Part shown: piece after piece, positions 1 through 8,587 of the stretch
Numbering within the stretch: position 1 is the first letter of the stretch
Layout of the letters: each line of letters starts with the position of its first letter
Assembly: GCF_008189285.1 (NCBI RefSeq)
Contig: NZ_CP043315.1
Location: forward strand, 420,001-452,000
Length of the DNA stretch: 32,000 nucleotides
Direction of reading: 5' to 3'
Source of the DNA: Candidatus Saccharimonadota bacterium
Lineage (GTDB): Bacteria > Pseudomonadota > Alphaproteobacteria > CAJXXZ01 > 1604HC
Made by a program: the position numbers and the translations under genes
Notes under the pieces: model-generated
What the model was told of the DNA's origin: nothing
Databases searched by the model: none
The model's input: only the letters and a program-made list of their open reading frames with translations

Positions 1-899
1 TCCACAATTCTGTAAGGGAGCTGCAGCTTTTGAAGCAATTTCTCCGCATGATTCAACATAAACATATGCTCATCCTCTGATTTATCTTGTGTTGTGATTG
101 AAACAATTTCTACTTTCTGAAACTGATGCAATCTAATCAATCCTTTTGTGTCTCGCCCAGCCGACCCTGCTTCTTTTCTAAAACAATGACTCAAAGCAGT
201 AAATCTCATAGGAAATTCATCAGATTTTGCCAACCTTCCTTGAACAACATTTATCAAAGGAACTTCTCCGGTAGGAATAAGCGCTTTATCTTGCATTACA
301 AATAAATCATCTCTAAATTTAGGCAACTGACCTGAATTATACAATGCAGATTCCTTAACAATAAAAGGAACTGAAATTTCATCAAAACCATTATCTATGT
401 TAAAATCTAACATCCAATTAGCAATTGATCTTTCTAATTTTGATAAAATACCTTTCATCATAGCAAATCTAGATCCAGAAATATCAGCAGAATTAATCCA
501 CAAACCCATCTCATCCATTATTTCATCATGAGAAACATTTCTTTCCTCTGGATTTCCCCACTTCTTAATTTCCACATTATCATTATCATCTTTGCCGCTT
601 GGAGTATGGTCAGAAATAATATTTGGAACAGTTGATAAAATACTATTCAACTCCTCGCTAATTTCTTTTTCTTCCTGCTCTAGTTTTTGAATTTCTGCTT
701 TTATTCTTTTGCCCTCTTCAATATCTCTGTTTTTAGCAGCGATTTTTGATTTTTGCCTCAAATTATTCAACTCATTAACTGCGCTACGCCATTTTTTATC
801 TGCATCCAATATTTTTTCTGATTGTGCATTAGAACCACGATCAATAAAATTCTTATCTAACTTATCTGGATTTTCTCTAATCCAATTTAAATCCAACAT
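1..899 (-). CDS. serS: Seryl-tRNA synthetase, N-terminal ~299 codons (rest lies beyond window start)
   Basis: Absent from the ORF track because it runs off the window edge. My minus-strand translation from ATG 899-897 gives MLDLNWIRENPDKLDKNFIDRG...FRKEAGSAGRDTKGLIRLHQFQKVE...LPYRIV and is open to base 1. It shows the SerS N-terminal arm plus class-II motif 2. A second in-frame ATG lies at 917-915. Confidence 0.9.
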   Translation of the reverse strand, partial: MLDLNWIRENPDKLDKNFIDRGSNAQSEKILDADKKWRSAVNELNNLRQKSKIAAKNRDIEEGKRIKAEIQKLEQEEKEISEELNSILSTVPNIISDHTPSGKDDNDNVEIKKWGNPEERNVSHDEIMDEMGLWINSADISGSRFAMMKGILSKLERSIANWMLDFNIDNGFDEISVPFIVKESALYNSGQLPKFRDDLFVMQDKALIPTGEVPLINVVQGRLAKSDEFPMRFTALSHCFRKEAGSAGRDTKGLIRLHQFQKVEIVSITTQDKSEDEHMFMLNHAEKLLQKLQLPYRIV

Positions 900-1066
900 A
901 TAATCTAAATCTAACATACAATTTCATTCATATAAATAAAACTCTATTAATTTATGTGAATTAACACTAGCATGCTAATATTTATATAAATTACATGAAA
1001 AGTTGTTTCATTTAATAAAAATTAATTCAATTAATAGATAATCAACAAAGATTATGAAATCAATTA

Positions 1067-1095
1067 TTGACATATCTATATATAAATACCATAAT
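1067..1095 (+). promoter_or_regulatory. Candidate sigma70-type promoter of rplU-rpmA: TTGACA (1067-1072), 17-nt spacer, CATAAT (1090-1095), then 6 nt to ATG 1102
   Basis: Consensus -35 and near-consensus -10 read directly from the sequence. No purine-rich SD lies between the -10 and the ATG (tgagct). Confidence 0.45.
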
Positions 1096-1101
1096 TGAGC
1101 T

Positions 1102-1380
1102 ATGTTAAACGCTGTTGTACAATCAAGTGGACATCAATATATAGTAAGCGAAGGTTCTTTTATCAAGCACCCAACATTAAACAACAATGTTGGAAGCGTG
1201 ATTAAGTTCAATAGCATTTGGTCTACCGGTAAAAAATGCACTGTTGAAGCTGAAGTTTTGAAGCATAGCAGGCATAAAAAAGTAATCGTATTTAAAAAAA
1301 TTAGAAGACATAATCATAGAAAGTTTAATACCCATAGACAGGGTTACACTCTTTTACAGATTAAGAGCATTAAGGAATAG
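1102..1380 (+). CDS. rplU: 50S ribosomal protein L21 (bL21)
   Basis: ORF track. The N-terminus MLNAVVQSSGHQYIVSEG fits the bL21 pattern, and the gene sits immediately upstream of rpmA as in the conserved rplU-rpmA operon. Confidence 0.9.
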   Translation: MLNAVVQSSGHQYIVSEGSFIKHPTLNNNVGSVIKFNSIWSTGKKCTVEAEVLKHSRHKKVIVFKKIRRHNHRKFNTHRQGYTLLQIKSIKE

Positions 1381-1391
1381 GGGAATCTTAG

Positions 1392-1688
1392 ATGGCACAG
1401 AAAAAAGCTGGTGGTAGTACTAGTAATGGTAGAGATAGCGCAGGTAGAAGACTTGGTGTTAAAAAATTCGGTGGAGAATTTGCCAGAGCTGGAAACATTA
1501 TTATAAGACAAAGAGGAACTAAATTCTATCCAGGAAAAAATGTTGGAATGGGTAGAGATCATACTTTATTCGCTCTTAAAGATGGAGATGTTTCTTTTGA
1601 ATACAAATTAAACAGAAAATTCGTCACTGTCACAGAAGACTCAGAGATGGTAATTATCAAATCTGAAAATTCAGACAAGCCAAACTAA
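1392..1688 (+). CDS. rpmA: 50S ribosomal protein L27 (bL27)
   Basis: [28 protein letters not shown]...[26 protein letters not shown] is the bL27 signature. GGGGA lies 9 nt upstream of the ATG. Confidence 0.95.
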   Translation: MAQKKAGGSTSNGRDSAGRRLGVKKFGGEFARAGNIIIRQRGTKFYPGKNVGMGRDHTLFALKDGDVSFEYKLNRKFVTVTEDSEMVIIKSENSDKPN

Positions 1689-2191
1689 TTATTCATAATT
1701 AGCAGGTTTCATATAAATTGTATTAATTTTTTTGATATAATTTAAAATCTTAAAAAATAAATCGAAAGAAATTTAAATTTTTCACATTTAAAATATAGAG
1801 ATGTTTGAATTTCAAATTCATTGATCTAATTATAAGCTTTCATTTAAACTTAAACTTTTTTTCGAAATGCAAATTTAAATAAAAATATTGTAGAAATAAC
1901 AACTCAATCATTATTTATAGCTTTGCAAATTAATTTAGAAGATTTGAAAAATAAAAATTTACAAAAAAGAAAATAGAAATTAAATCTGCTTACTAAGTAA
2001 ATTGCAAACAAATAATATTAAAATACCCAACAAAACAAATATGCACATTAATTTAGAATGTAAAGATCGAAATCTAATTAATAAATCTCGAATTGATTTG
2101 CATGTCAATTACTCCTATTAAACTTGTAATGAAATTTTACTTAAATTATAAATGTAGAGAGTTTTTTATCTTTAAGTCTAGCTCACGTTTA

Positions 2192-2337
2192 TTTTATGGA
2201 TTTTATGGATTTTATGGATTTTATGGATTTTATGGATTTTATGGATTTTATGGATTTTATGGATTTTATGGATTTTATGGATTTTATGGATTTTATGGAT
2301 TTTATGGATTTTATGGATTTTATGGATTTTATGGATT
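2192..2337. repeat. Perfect 9-bp tandem repeat (ATGGATTTT) x about 16.2
   Basis: Read directly. The ORF-track artefacts YGF/MDF/SIK x15-16 all come from this array. No mismatch is visible between copies. Confidence 0.97.
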
Positions 2338-2873
2338 GCGTTGCACAATTCATCAAAGCAAATATTTTAAAATTATGCAAAATGCACTATGCAAATAATT
2401 AAAAGCTTATTGTGAAATTTACAAATTTAGATTATTTGCTTTGGTTGATTATCAAAAGATTAGAGCATTTTATCTCATTGCATAGATTTCAGAATGTTTC
2501 GTTTTATTGCTTACATCAACTAAAAACTTATTAGAAAATTATAGCTTAAATATATAATTGTGAATTTATGAATTAATCAAATCATTTTTTACACCTTGCA
2601 AATACTAATAATTAAAGCAAGAATTGGATAAATTAAATTAATTTAATAGCTTTCAATTTGCTTCATTAGGATTGGCAAAAACTTAACACTCAAGAATGCT
2701 ATGTAAATTTATCGCGCTATTGTATTAATTATCCCTAACTATAAAACTTTGCTTTTCTGGTTTTTCAAATAATATATTTTATTAATTGTAATTTTTACTG
2801 CATTTTCATAAAAGTAGATAATTTTATTTAAATCTCATAAACATTACTTGAATCTGGGATTTATATTTAGGTA

Positions 2874-3701
2874 TTATTTTCTTTTATTAGGATTTTTCTT
2901 TGTTCCTCCACAGCATCCAAAGGACCCACTTACTTTTAGATCTGCTTTTGGCATTATTTGCTTTGCGCTTACTACGCTAATTGGAGATTTTAATGAACAT
3001 TTTCCATTTTCACAAACTACTCTCAAATTAGGATTCACCTTAATAGACGGTTTAATTCTAATTTTATTTGTGCAACCTCTCTCATTGCATTCCACTTCTG
3101 TCATTGCAGTTGATGCTTGAGATATATGACTGTGTGATTTAGATGGGTTAGATTCTTCCCTTGCTAAAGTTTGAGGTGACCCCACTGACATTCTCAATGA
3201 AGCTTGAGGCTTAAGTATAGATCTGACTGAATTTGCAGTTTTATTTAACTCATCTTGAGCTCCTTCGACTGCATCAGATACATCGCGAAATGACTCAGCT
3301 AATTGTCTATTTTGCTCATCTATTTGAGCTTTTTCTTCTAAATCAAACTCTATTTGAATTGTGCTTGCTGCATTACTTCTTTGCTCTTGAGTAACTTGGT
3401 CTGGATTTTCAATTGCGCTAATTAATGTTATAGCGCTATGAGCAACACTTCCTCTACGACTAGAAATCGCTTGATGCTCCTCGTCACATATTATAGATCC
3501 TAGCATAGAAGCCTCTGTTTCGCTTTTTGGCCCAGGAGTAAATTCCTTTTCTTCTTTACATGCTTCTTCTATTCCTATTGCAGTGCTTGATGCATTTTGA
3601 TAGTAAAAACCACTTTCATCAGTTCCATCTTGAACTGAGTGCTCTGAATTCATTCCATAAATTTTTGCTCCTAATAAGAATAAAGCTAAGTATTTTGACA
3701 T
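2874..3701 (-). CDS. Orphan secreted or surface protein (275 aa) with signal peptide, coiled-coil centre and Cys-rich basic C-terminus
   Basis: - Strong SD: GGAGG (3710-3706) lies 4 nt before ATG 3701.
- N-terminus MSKYLALFLLGAKIYG looks like a Sec signal.
- Two CX4C pairs (CNERGC, CENGKC) are followed by the tail GCCGGTKKNPNKRK.
- Hand-counted G+C is 23/60 and 24/60 in lines 3121 and 3181, similar to conserved genes here.
- No family recognised. Confidence 0.7.
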   Translation of the reverse strand: MSKYLALFLLGAKIYGMNSEHSVQDGTDESGFYYQNASSTAIGIEEACKEEKEFTPGPKSETEASMLGSIICDEEHQAISSRRGSVAHSAITLISAIENPDQVTQEQRSNAASTIQIEFDLEEKAQIDEQNRQLAESFRDVSDAVEGAQDELNKTANSVRSILKPQASLRMSVGSPQTLAREESNPSKSHSHISQASTAMTEVECNERGCTNKIRIKPSIKVNPNLRVVCENGKCSLKSPISVVSAKQIMPKADLKVSGSFGCCGGTKKNPNKRK

Positions 3702-3936
3702 TTTGCCTCCTAGGGTACTTGTTTACATATTATAAACTCTAGGTAAATGAAATATTAACAAACCTATATTTCAAAGTAAATTTTACATTATTAATTAGAT
3801 AATTTGATGATTATTTAGAATTTTATTGTAATTTTACACTATTTTTCATGTTTTATTCTCACGTTTTAAAATTAAATTAATATATTTATGACTGCTTGTT
3901 TTTTCAATAATGATTTCAGCATATCTAAATACAAAC

Positions 3937-5169
3937 TTAATTAAATAAATTAGAAAACAATTTTCCTAAAATAGGAAAACAAATAATATATATGGTAAAT
4001 ACATTTGTAATCATAGAAAGAGACCCTATAAAAATATTTCCAAAAGTTAAACGAGATTTTATTATTTTAAAGAATGCAATGTTGGTCGCTAAATGAACAA
4101 CAAATGTAATTAACGTCAAAAAATCAAGCATAACATCAAAATGCGCTGAAAGATCTTCATTGTATGTTGAAATAAGAAATATTAAAGATACAATTGATGA
4201 AACAATCAATGCATTTGCTGGAGCTCCAAATCTATTTTTTGATGCAAAAAACTTTGGGAATAATCCCTGCTCTGCAGATTCTGATGCAATAATTCCAGTT
4301 GTAAATACCCAACTATACACAGAACCTAATATCAAAAAGATATACAATCCATAAATTAAAGGAGATGCAAAGCTCTTGATTGCATCAGGCATAGCAAATA
4401 TCAATAATTCTGTATATGGAGCACTTGATCCACTTGGATTAGGTATCAACTTAATGATGGTCCACATGCCCAATATATAAGTAAATGCTATAACAGACAT
4501 AGCAGAGACCATAGATCTTGATATAGTTTTCTCTGGATTGTGAATTTTGCTACCCATTGCAATTGCTGTTTCTATTCCAAGAAATGCCCATAATGTATGA
4601 GATAGCGTGTGTTTTACTCCTTGTGCAAGAGTTGTAGTTTCATATATTTTATATATATCTATATCAGAATTCCAAGCATAATACGCGCAAAATAAAGGAA
4701 GGCCCATTAATGGGAATAATTTAACTGCAGCAACAAATATTTCAACTAATTTTACAATTCTTAGTTCGACACAGTTAAATAAAGTAGCAAAAAATAGAAT
4801 AATTGATGTAAAAACAAAACATGTAAAAAGAGACATTTTGTCAAACCCTGTATAAGAAAATAAACTTGTGAATAATGCACTATTCCCCAATACAACAGAT
4901 AGCCAATATAAAAACGATGCTATTTGCCCTGATCTTCTTCCAAAAACTGATAATATTGGACCATGCACTCCTTCGCATTTAAGCCAAACCTGCATTTTTG
5001 CATATAACAATCCTATTGAAAGAAATCCAACCGCGGCTATAGCATATGACCATAATGAAATTACTCCAAACTTTCCTATAGTTCTAGGAAGTATCAATAC
5101 TCCACTTCCCATAATATTTCCTATAATAACTGCAGTTAAAGCTGTAAAGCCTATTTTTTTAGTAGACAT
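3937..5169 (-). CDS. APC-superfamily amino acid/polyamine permease
   Basis: 410 aa and hydrophobic throughout (about 11-12 TM segments). The N-terminal IGNIMGSGVLILP motif is typical of APC transporters. Substrate not assignable. Confidence 0.8.
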   Translation of the reverse strand: MSTKKIGFTALTAVIIGNIMGSGVLILPRTIGKFGVISLWSYAIAAVGFLSIGLLYAKMQVWLKCEGVHGPILSVFGRRSGQIASFLYWLSVVLGNSALFTSLFSYTGFDKMSLFTCFVFTSIILFFATLFNCVELRIVKLVEIFVAAVKLFPLMGLPLFCAYYAWNSDIDIYKIYETTTLAQGVKHTLSHTLWAFLGIETAIAMGSKIHNPEKTISRSMVSAMSVIAFTYILGMWTIIKLIPNPSGSSAPYTELLIFAMPDAIKSFASPLIYGLYIFLILGSVYSWVFTTGIIASESAEQGLFPKFFASKNRFGAPANALIVSSIVSLIFLISTYNEDLSAHFDVMLDFLTLITFVVHLATNIAFFKIIKSRLTFGNIFIGSLSMITNVFTIYIICFPILGKLFSNLFN

Positions 5170-5219
5170 TTAAGGAATTTATATCATGATTTATTGCGCA
5201 TATCAAGTTTTATTTAACA

Positions 5220-5630
5220 TTAAGCTGATTCTATGATTGCATTACATATCAATATTTTATTATTATTTATTGTTTCATCGCTAAAACTAACATGAGAAAC
5301 ATATTTTTTTGAAAATGTATTTATTATATAATCATGAGTTTTTGCTTGAATTTCAATAAATGGCTTTCCTAATTCATTTTTGTATAAACATATATCTTGA
5401 AATCTACAGTTTGATCCAACCCCAGTTCCAATTGCTTTGCTTATAGCCTCAGTTGCGGAGAATTTTTTTGAAATAAAGTTGGCAATTTGTTTTTGATTAA
5501 AATTTTTTTCTGAAATATCTTGAATTTCTTTTTTGCTCAATATTTTATTGATCAATCTGTTTTGATATTTACTAAATAGAATTTCCATTCTATCTTGATT
5601 TATAATATCAACTCCAATTCCTATGATCAC
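5220..5630 (-). CDS. acpS: Holo-[acyl-carrier-protein] synthase
   Basis: MIIGIGVDIINQDRME... and FSATEAISKAIGTG are typical of AcpS-type 4'-phosphopantetheinyl transferases. The 136-aa length fits. Confidence 0.85.
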   Translation of the reverse strand: MIIGIGVDIINQDRMEILFSKYQNRLINKILSKKEIQDISEKNFNQKQIANFISKKFSATEAISKAIGTGVGSNCRFQDICLYKNELGKPFIEIQAKTHDYIINTFSKKYVSHVSFSDETINNNKILICNAIIESA

Positions 5631-5673
5631 AATAACATAAATCTATTCATGCTGTTTGCTGAAATATTTTGAA

Positions 5674-6819
5674 TTATTTTCCACCTTGAATGCATTCGCT
5701 TTTAATTTCAGATTTATCAATTATATACCCTCCCCCAACAAGCATGTCATCCTGATAAATACCACAAAATTGACCATAAGCTACTCCATATTCTGGATTT
5801 TTTAATGTAATTTTGCCTTCTTGGTCATTGTAAGTCTCAACAGAGCAAGGAACTGGCCTGTGGCTTCCTCGAACTTTTGTAGATAAATTCTTCATTAAAT
5901 TAAAATCAAAATCTCCTAGCAAGTTTAGTTGATTGAAATATATATCATAGCATTCCAAATCTTCCATTCTTCCAACTACAATTTTATTGTTTGGCTTATC
6001 TACTTTGTTAACAAACCATGGACCTCCAGATAGATTTAACCCTTTTCTTTGACCAACTGTAAATTTAGAAACTCCATCATGCTTTCCTAACTTATTCCCA
6101 TCTACATCAACTATATCTCCAGAAATATCTTGGGTTCCCATATTTTTCAACACATCATGATATTTATTACTTACAGCAAAACATAAATCCTGACTTTCAG
6201 CTTTTTTTGCAACAAATAAATTCCAGAATCTTGCCATGCGCCTTACTGTTGGCTTTGTCATAATACCCAAAGGAAATCCAATATAAGGCAAATGTTCTTT
6301 TGAAATCATAGAAAGAAAATAACTCTGATCTTTATTGGAATCTTTAGCCATAACAATTGCATGTTTGCCATCTCTCACTATTCTTTTTACGTAATGCCCT
6401 GTAACTAATCCAGAAGCTCCAATTGATTTAGTGTATTCTACCATTCCATTAAATTTTATATTTTTATTACATCTCATACACGGATTTGGAGTTTTTCCCT
6501 CTTCGTATTCAGACATAAATTTGTCTAAAACATGTTCTTGAAACTCATCTCTCAAATCTAAAACGTTATGTTCAAAACCAAGAAAATCAGCAATAGCTTT
6601 TGCATCTCTTATTGCATGGTTTGTAGATGGATTATCATGCAATTTCAACGTTAATCCAACAACATCATACCCACCTTTTTTCATAATTGCTGCAGTGACA
6701 GAGCTGTCAACTCCACCAGACATAGCGATAACAACTTTTGATCCTTCTGGAAATAAAGATTTTATATATTTGGATAAATTAAGATTAGAATCAACCTCAT
6801 CTATATTAACTAAATTCAT
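5674..6819 (-). CDS. mnmA: tRNA-specific 2-thiouridylase MnmA
   Basis: PP-loop SGGVDSS near the N-terminus, the CMRCN motif, and overall MnmA-like sequence and length (381 aa). Confidence 0.95.
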   Translation of the reverse strand: MNLVNIDEVDSNLNLSKYIKSLFPEGSKVVIAMSGGVDSSVTAAIMKKGGYDVVGLTLKLHDNPSTNHAIRDAKAIADFLGFEHNVLDLRDEFQEHVLDKFMSEYEEGKTPNPCMRCNKNIKFNGMVEYTKSIGASGLVTGHYVKRIVRDGKHAIVMAKDSNKDQSYFLSMISKEHLPYIGFPLGIMTKPTVRRMARFWNLFVAKKAESQDLCFAVSNKYHDVLKNMGTQDISGDIVDVDGNKLGKHDGVSKFTVGQRKGLNLSGGPWFVNKVDKPNNKIVVGRMEDLECYDIYFNQLNLLGDFDFNLMKNLSTKVRGSHRPVPCSVETYNDQEGKITLKNPEYGVAYGQFCGIYQDDMLVGGGYIIDKSEIKSECIQGGK

Positions 6820-7991
6820 ATTCTATCAAGCTTCCTGAAATAGACAAACAAAGTAAAAGTAAGTATAGCTGTTAAAATTAGATAGAAATATTCTCCAAGT
6901 GGCTGAAGAGGCATATTAAATACAAGCATTATAGCTATTGCATCATATAAACTATTACCTATTCCAACCAAAGATTGACCACTTCCTGGCGAATCCTTAA
7001 ATATTGTTAACAAGGAAAGTTTTGTAGCTGGTTGAGCGATACCTGATGCCAAGCATGCCAAAAAGAACCCAAGAGCCCCTATCAATATAAAGCTATCAAA
7101 CACTGCTCCTGAAACAATCATCCATGCCATTCCAATAGATATTGCCAAGTTGCTAAATGCTAGATATTTTGTAACATTTCCCATATTTAATTTAACAGAA
7201 CATAAAGTTGCGGTAATGAATGTGCAAAATCTTCCTATTCCTTGAATAACTGCAAGAGTAATTGAAAATCTAACCAGAGAATCAATAGTAATTTGCCCTC
7301 CTTCTACTTGAGCAAATCTTGCTGAATATATTGCAATAAATCCATAAAATCCACCTATGCAAATCATTGACACAGCTGAGCATGCAATGAATTTCTTATT
7401 ATTAATGAAGTTTCCCCAAGTTTTAAATGTGTTCCAATTAATTGGGGTTGGGGCTTTTCTTGGCAAATGAGTAAATATGTAATAAGAAACTACAACAGAA
7501 AGTATGAAACTTACTATGCTTAAAGTTTGAAATGAATACATTTTCACCATTGAAGAGAATATTATAGGACATAATGCGCTAGCTCCAAATAACGCCATAT
7601 ACAATACAGAAGTAGCTCTAGGCAATGCATCTCCTTTAAAAAGCAAAGAAGTTCCTGTGTATGTCGCATTAATTGAACCTGCAAGACATATGCTTTTCAG
7701 AAAAAACAAAGCTTGCAAAGAAGATAAATCAATTTTAGAAATTAGAAATAAATTAAATACATTTGTCATTACTAAATAAATAGGAAATGTATTTTTTGGC
7801 CCAAATCTATCATTCAACGGACCAACAATCAATGCACCAACAGCTAATCCAATTGAACTAAAAAAAGCAGATTGCTTAATAAGCGAAACTGAAATTTCTA
7901 CATACTGAGACATTGATGCCATAGAAAGAATTAAAGCGTCTTGCCAGAATTTTGTAATCAAGAATCCTGCAAGCAAAAACGTAAATGTCAT
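6816..7991 (-). CDS. MFS transporter (Bcr/CflA-like)
   Basis: About 12 hydrophobic segments. GPLNDRFGPK matches MFS motif A between TM2 and TM3. The stop overlaps the mnmA start by 4 nt (ATGA). Confidence 0.85.
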   Translation of the reverse strand: MTFTFLLAGFLITKFWQDALILSMASMSQYVEISVSLIKQSAFFSSIGLAVGALIVGPLNDRFGPKNTFPIYLVMTNVFNLFLISKIDLSSLQALFFLKSICLAGSINATYTGTSLLFKGDALPRATSVLYMALFGASALCPIIFSSMVKMYSFQTLSIVSFILSVVVSYYIFTHLPRKAPTPINWNTFKTWGNFINNKKFIACSAVSMICIGGFYGFIAIYSARFAQVEGGQITIDSLVRFSITLAVIQGIGRFCTFITATLCSVKLNMGNVTKYLAFSNLAISIGMAWMIVSGAVFDSFILIGALGFFLACLASGIAQPATKLSLLTIFKDSPGSGQSLVGIGNSLYDAIAIMLVFNMPLQPLGEYFYLILTAILTFTLFVYFRKLDRI

Positions 7992-7997
7992 AAGAAT

Positions 7998-8006
7998 AAT
8001 CTATCA
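7998..8006 (-). promoter_or_regulatory. Candidate extended -10 (TGaTAGATT) lying 6 nt upstream of the MFS ATG
   Basis: The reverse complement of 7998-8006 reads TGATAGATT, followed by attctt and then ATG (7991). No SD lies between. Confidence 0.3.
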
Positions 8007-8221
8007 CATACTTAATGAAAATAGCATACTTGTGTGATAATTAAATTTAAAATAGAATATAAGGTTTCTTTTGAATAACTTTTTTTACACAAAAAAATTT
8101 CGACAAACCAATAAGTTCATATATTTTTTAATGTTTTTGATAAATTGTAAAATAGTTTTAACAACTTACATCTCTTAATTTTACTTGATAGTTCACAAAA
8201 AAAGTTGTAGAAATTATTTAT

Positions 8222-8294
8222 GCCGGAATAGCTCAGTTGGTAGAGCGTCTGATTCGTAATCAGAAGGCCAGGTGTTCGATTCACCTTTTTGGCA
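8222..8294 (+). tRNA. tRNA-Thr (anticodon CGU)
   Basis: Cloverleaf folded by hand: acceptor GCCGGAA/TTTTGGC, D-arm GCTC..GAGC, anticodon stem TCTGA/TCAGA with loop TTCGTAA, T-arm AGGTG-TTCGATT-CACCT. CCA is not encoded. Confidence 0.9.
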
Positions 8295-8518
8295 TTTCAT
8301 TAGACTTTTTTAATTTTAAGGATTTTTTGCTTCATTAAGCTTGATTTTCAGTTTTTTTCCTAATTAAAATTAGCTTAGTTTTATTGCTTTTTTACAACAA
8401 TTTAATTTCTAATTTTTTATATCATTTTTTATATCATTTAATTTAAGCGCCACTCAAATAATTTTATATTTTTATATCTTAATCAAAAAATGCCATTAAT
8501 AAAACTTTCATTACTCCA

Positions 8519-8571
8519 CATCATTTTGATTTCATCTGTTTTTTCTGCATCATTTTGATTTCATCTGTTTT
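8519..8571. repeat. Direct repeat of the 24-mer CATCATTTTGATTTCATCTGTTTT x2, period 29 bp
   Basis: Copies at 8519-8542 and 8548-8571 are identical. The second copy ends 4 nt before the TATAAT upstream of rppH. Confidence 0.9.
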
Positions 8572-8581
8572 CTAGTATAAT
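8555..8581 (+). promoter_or_regulatory. Candidate rppH promoter: TATAAT (8576-8581) 6 nt before ATG 8588, with a weak -35-like TTGATT (8555-8560) at a short 15-nt spacing
   Basis: Read directly. No SD lies between the -10 and the ATG (tttgca). Confidence 0.3.
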
Positions 8582-8587
8582 TTTGCA

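Noticed and set aside
709-903. The + strand ORF of 64 aa
   Set aside because: It lies antisense within serS and is low-complexity and hydrophobic.
1344-1562. The - strand ORF of 72 aa
   Set aside because: It lies antisense to rpmA and the rplU end.
2093-2402. ORFs 2093-2398 (+), 2196-2402 (+) and 2189-2380 (-), encoding YGF, MDF and SIK repeats
   Set aside because: All three are open only because the 9-bp unit lacks stops in those frames. There is no SD, the starts are non-canonical or internal to the repeat, and the three ORFs are mutually exclusive. I treat them as artefacts of the microsatellite.
2848-3742. The + strand ORFs 2848-3120 and 3560-3742
   Set aside because: They lie antisense to the SD-preceded 275-aa gene and have no SD of their own.
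4160-5173. The + strand ORFs 4160-4354 and 4868-5173
   Set aside because: They lie antisense within the APC permease gene.
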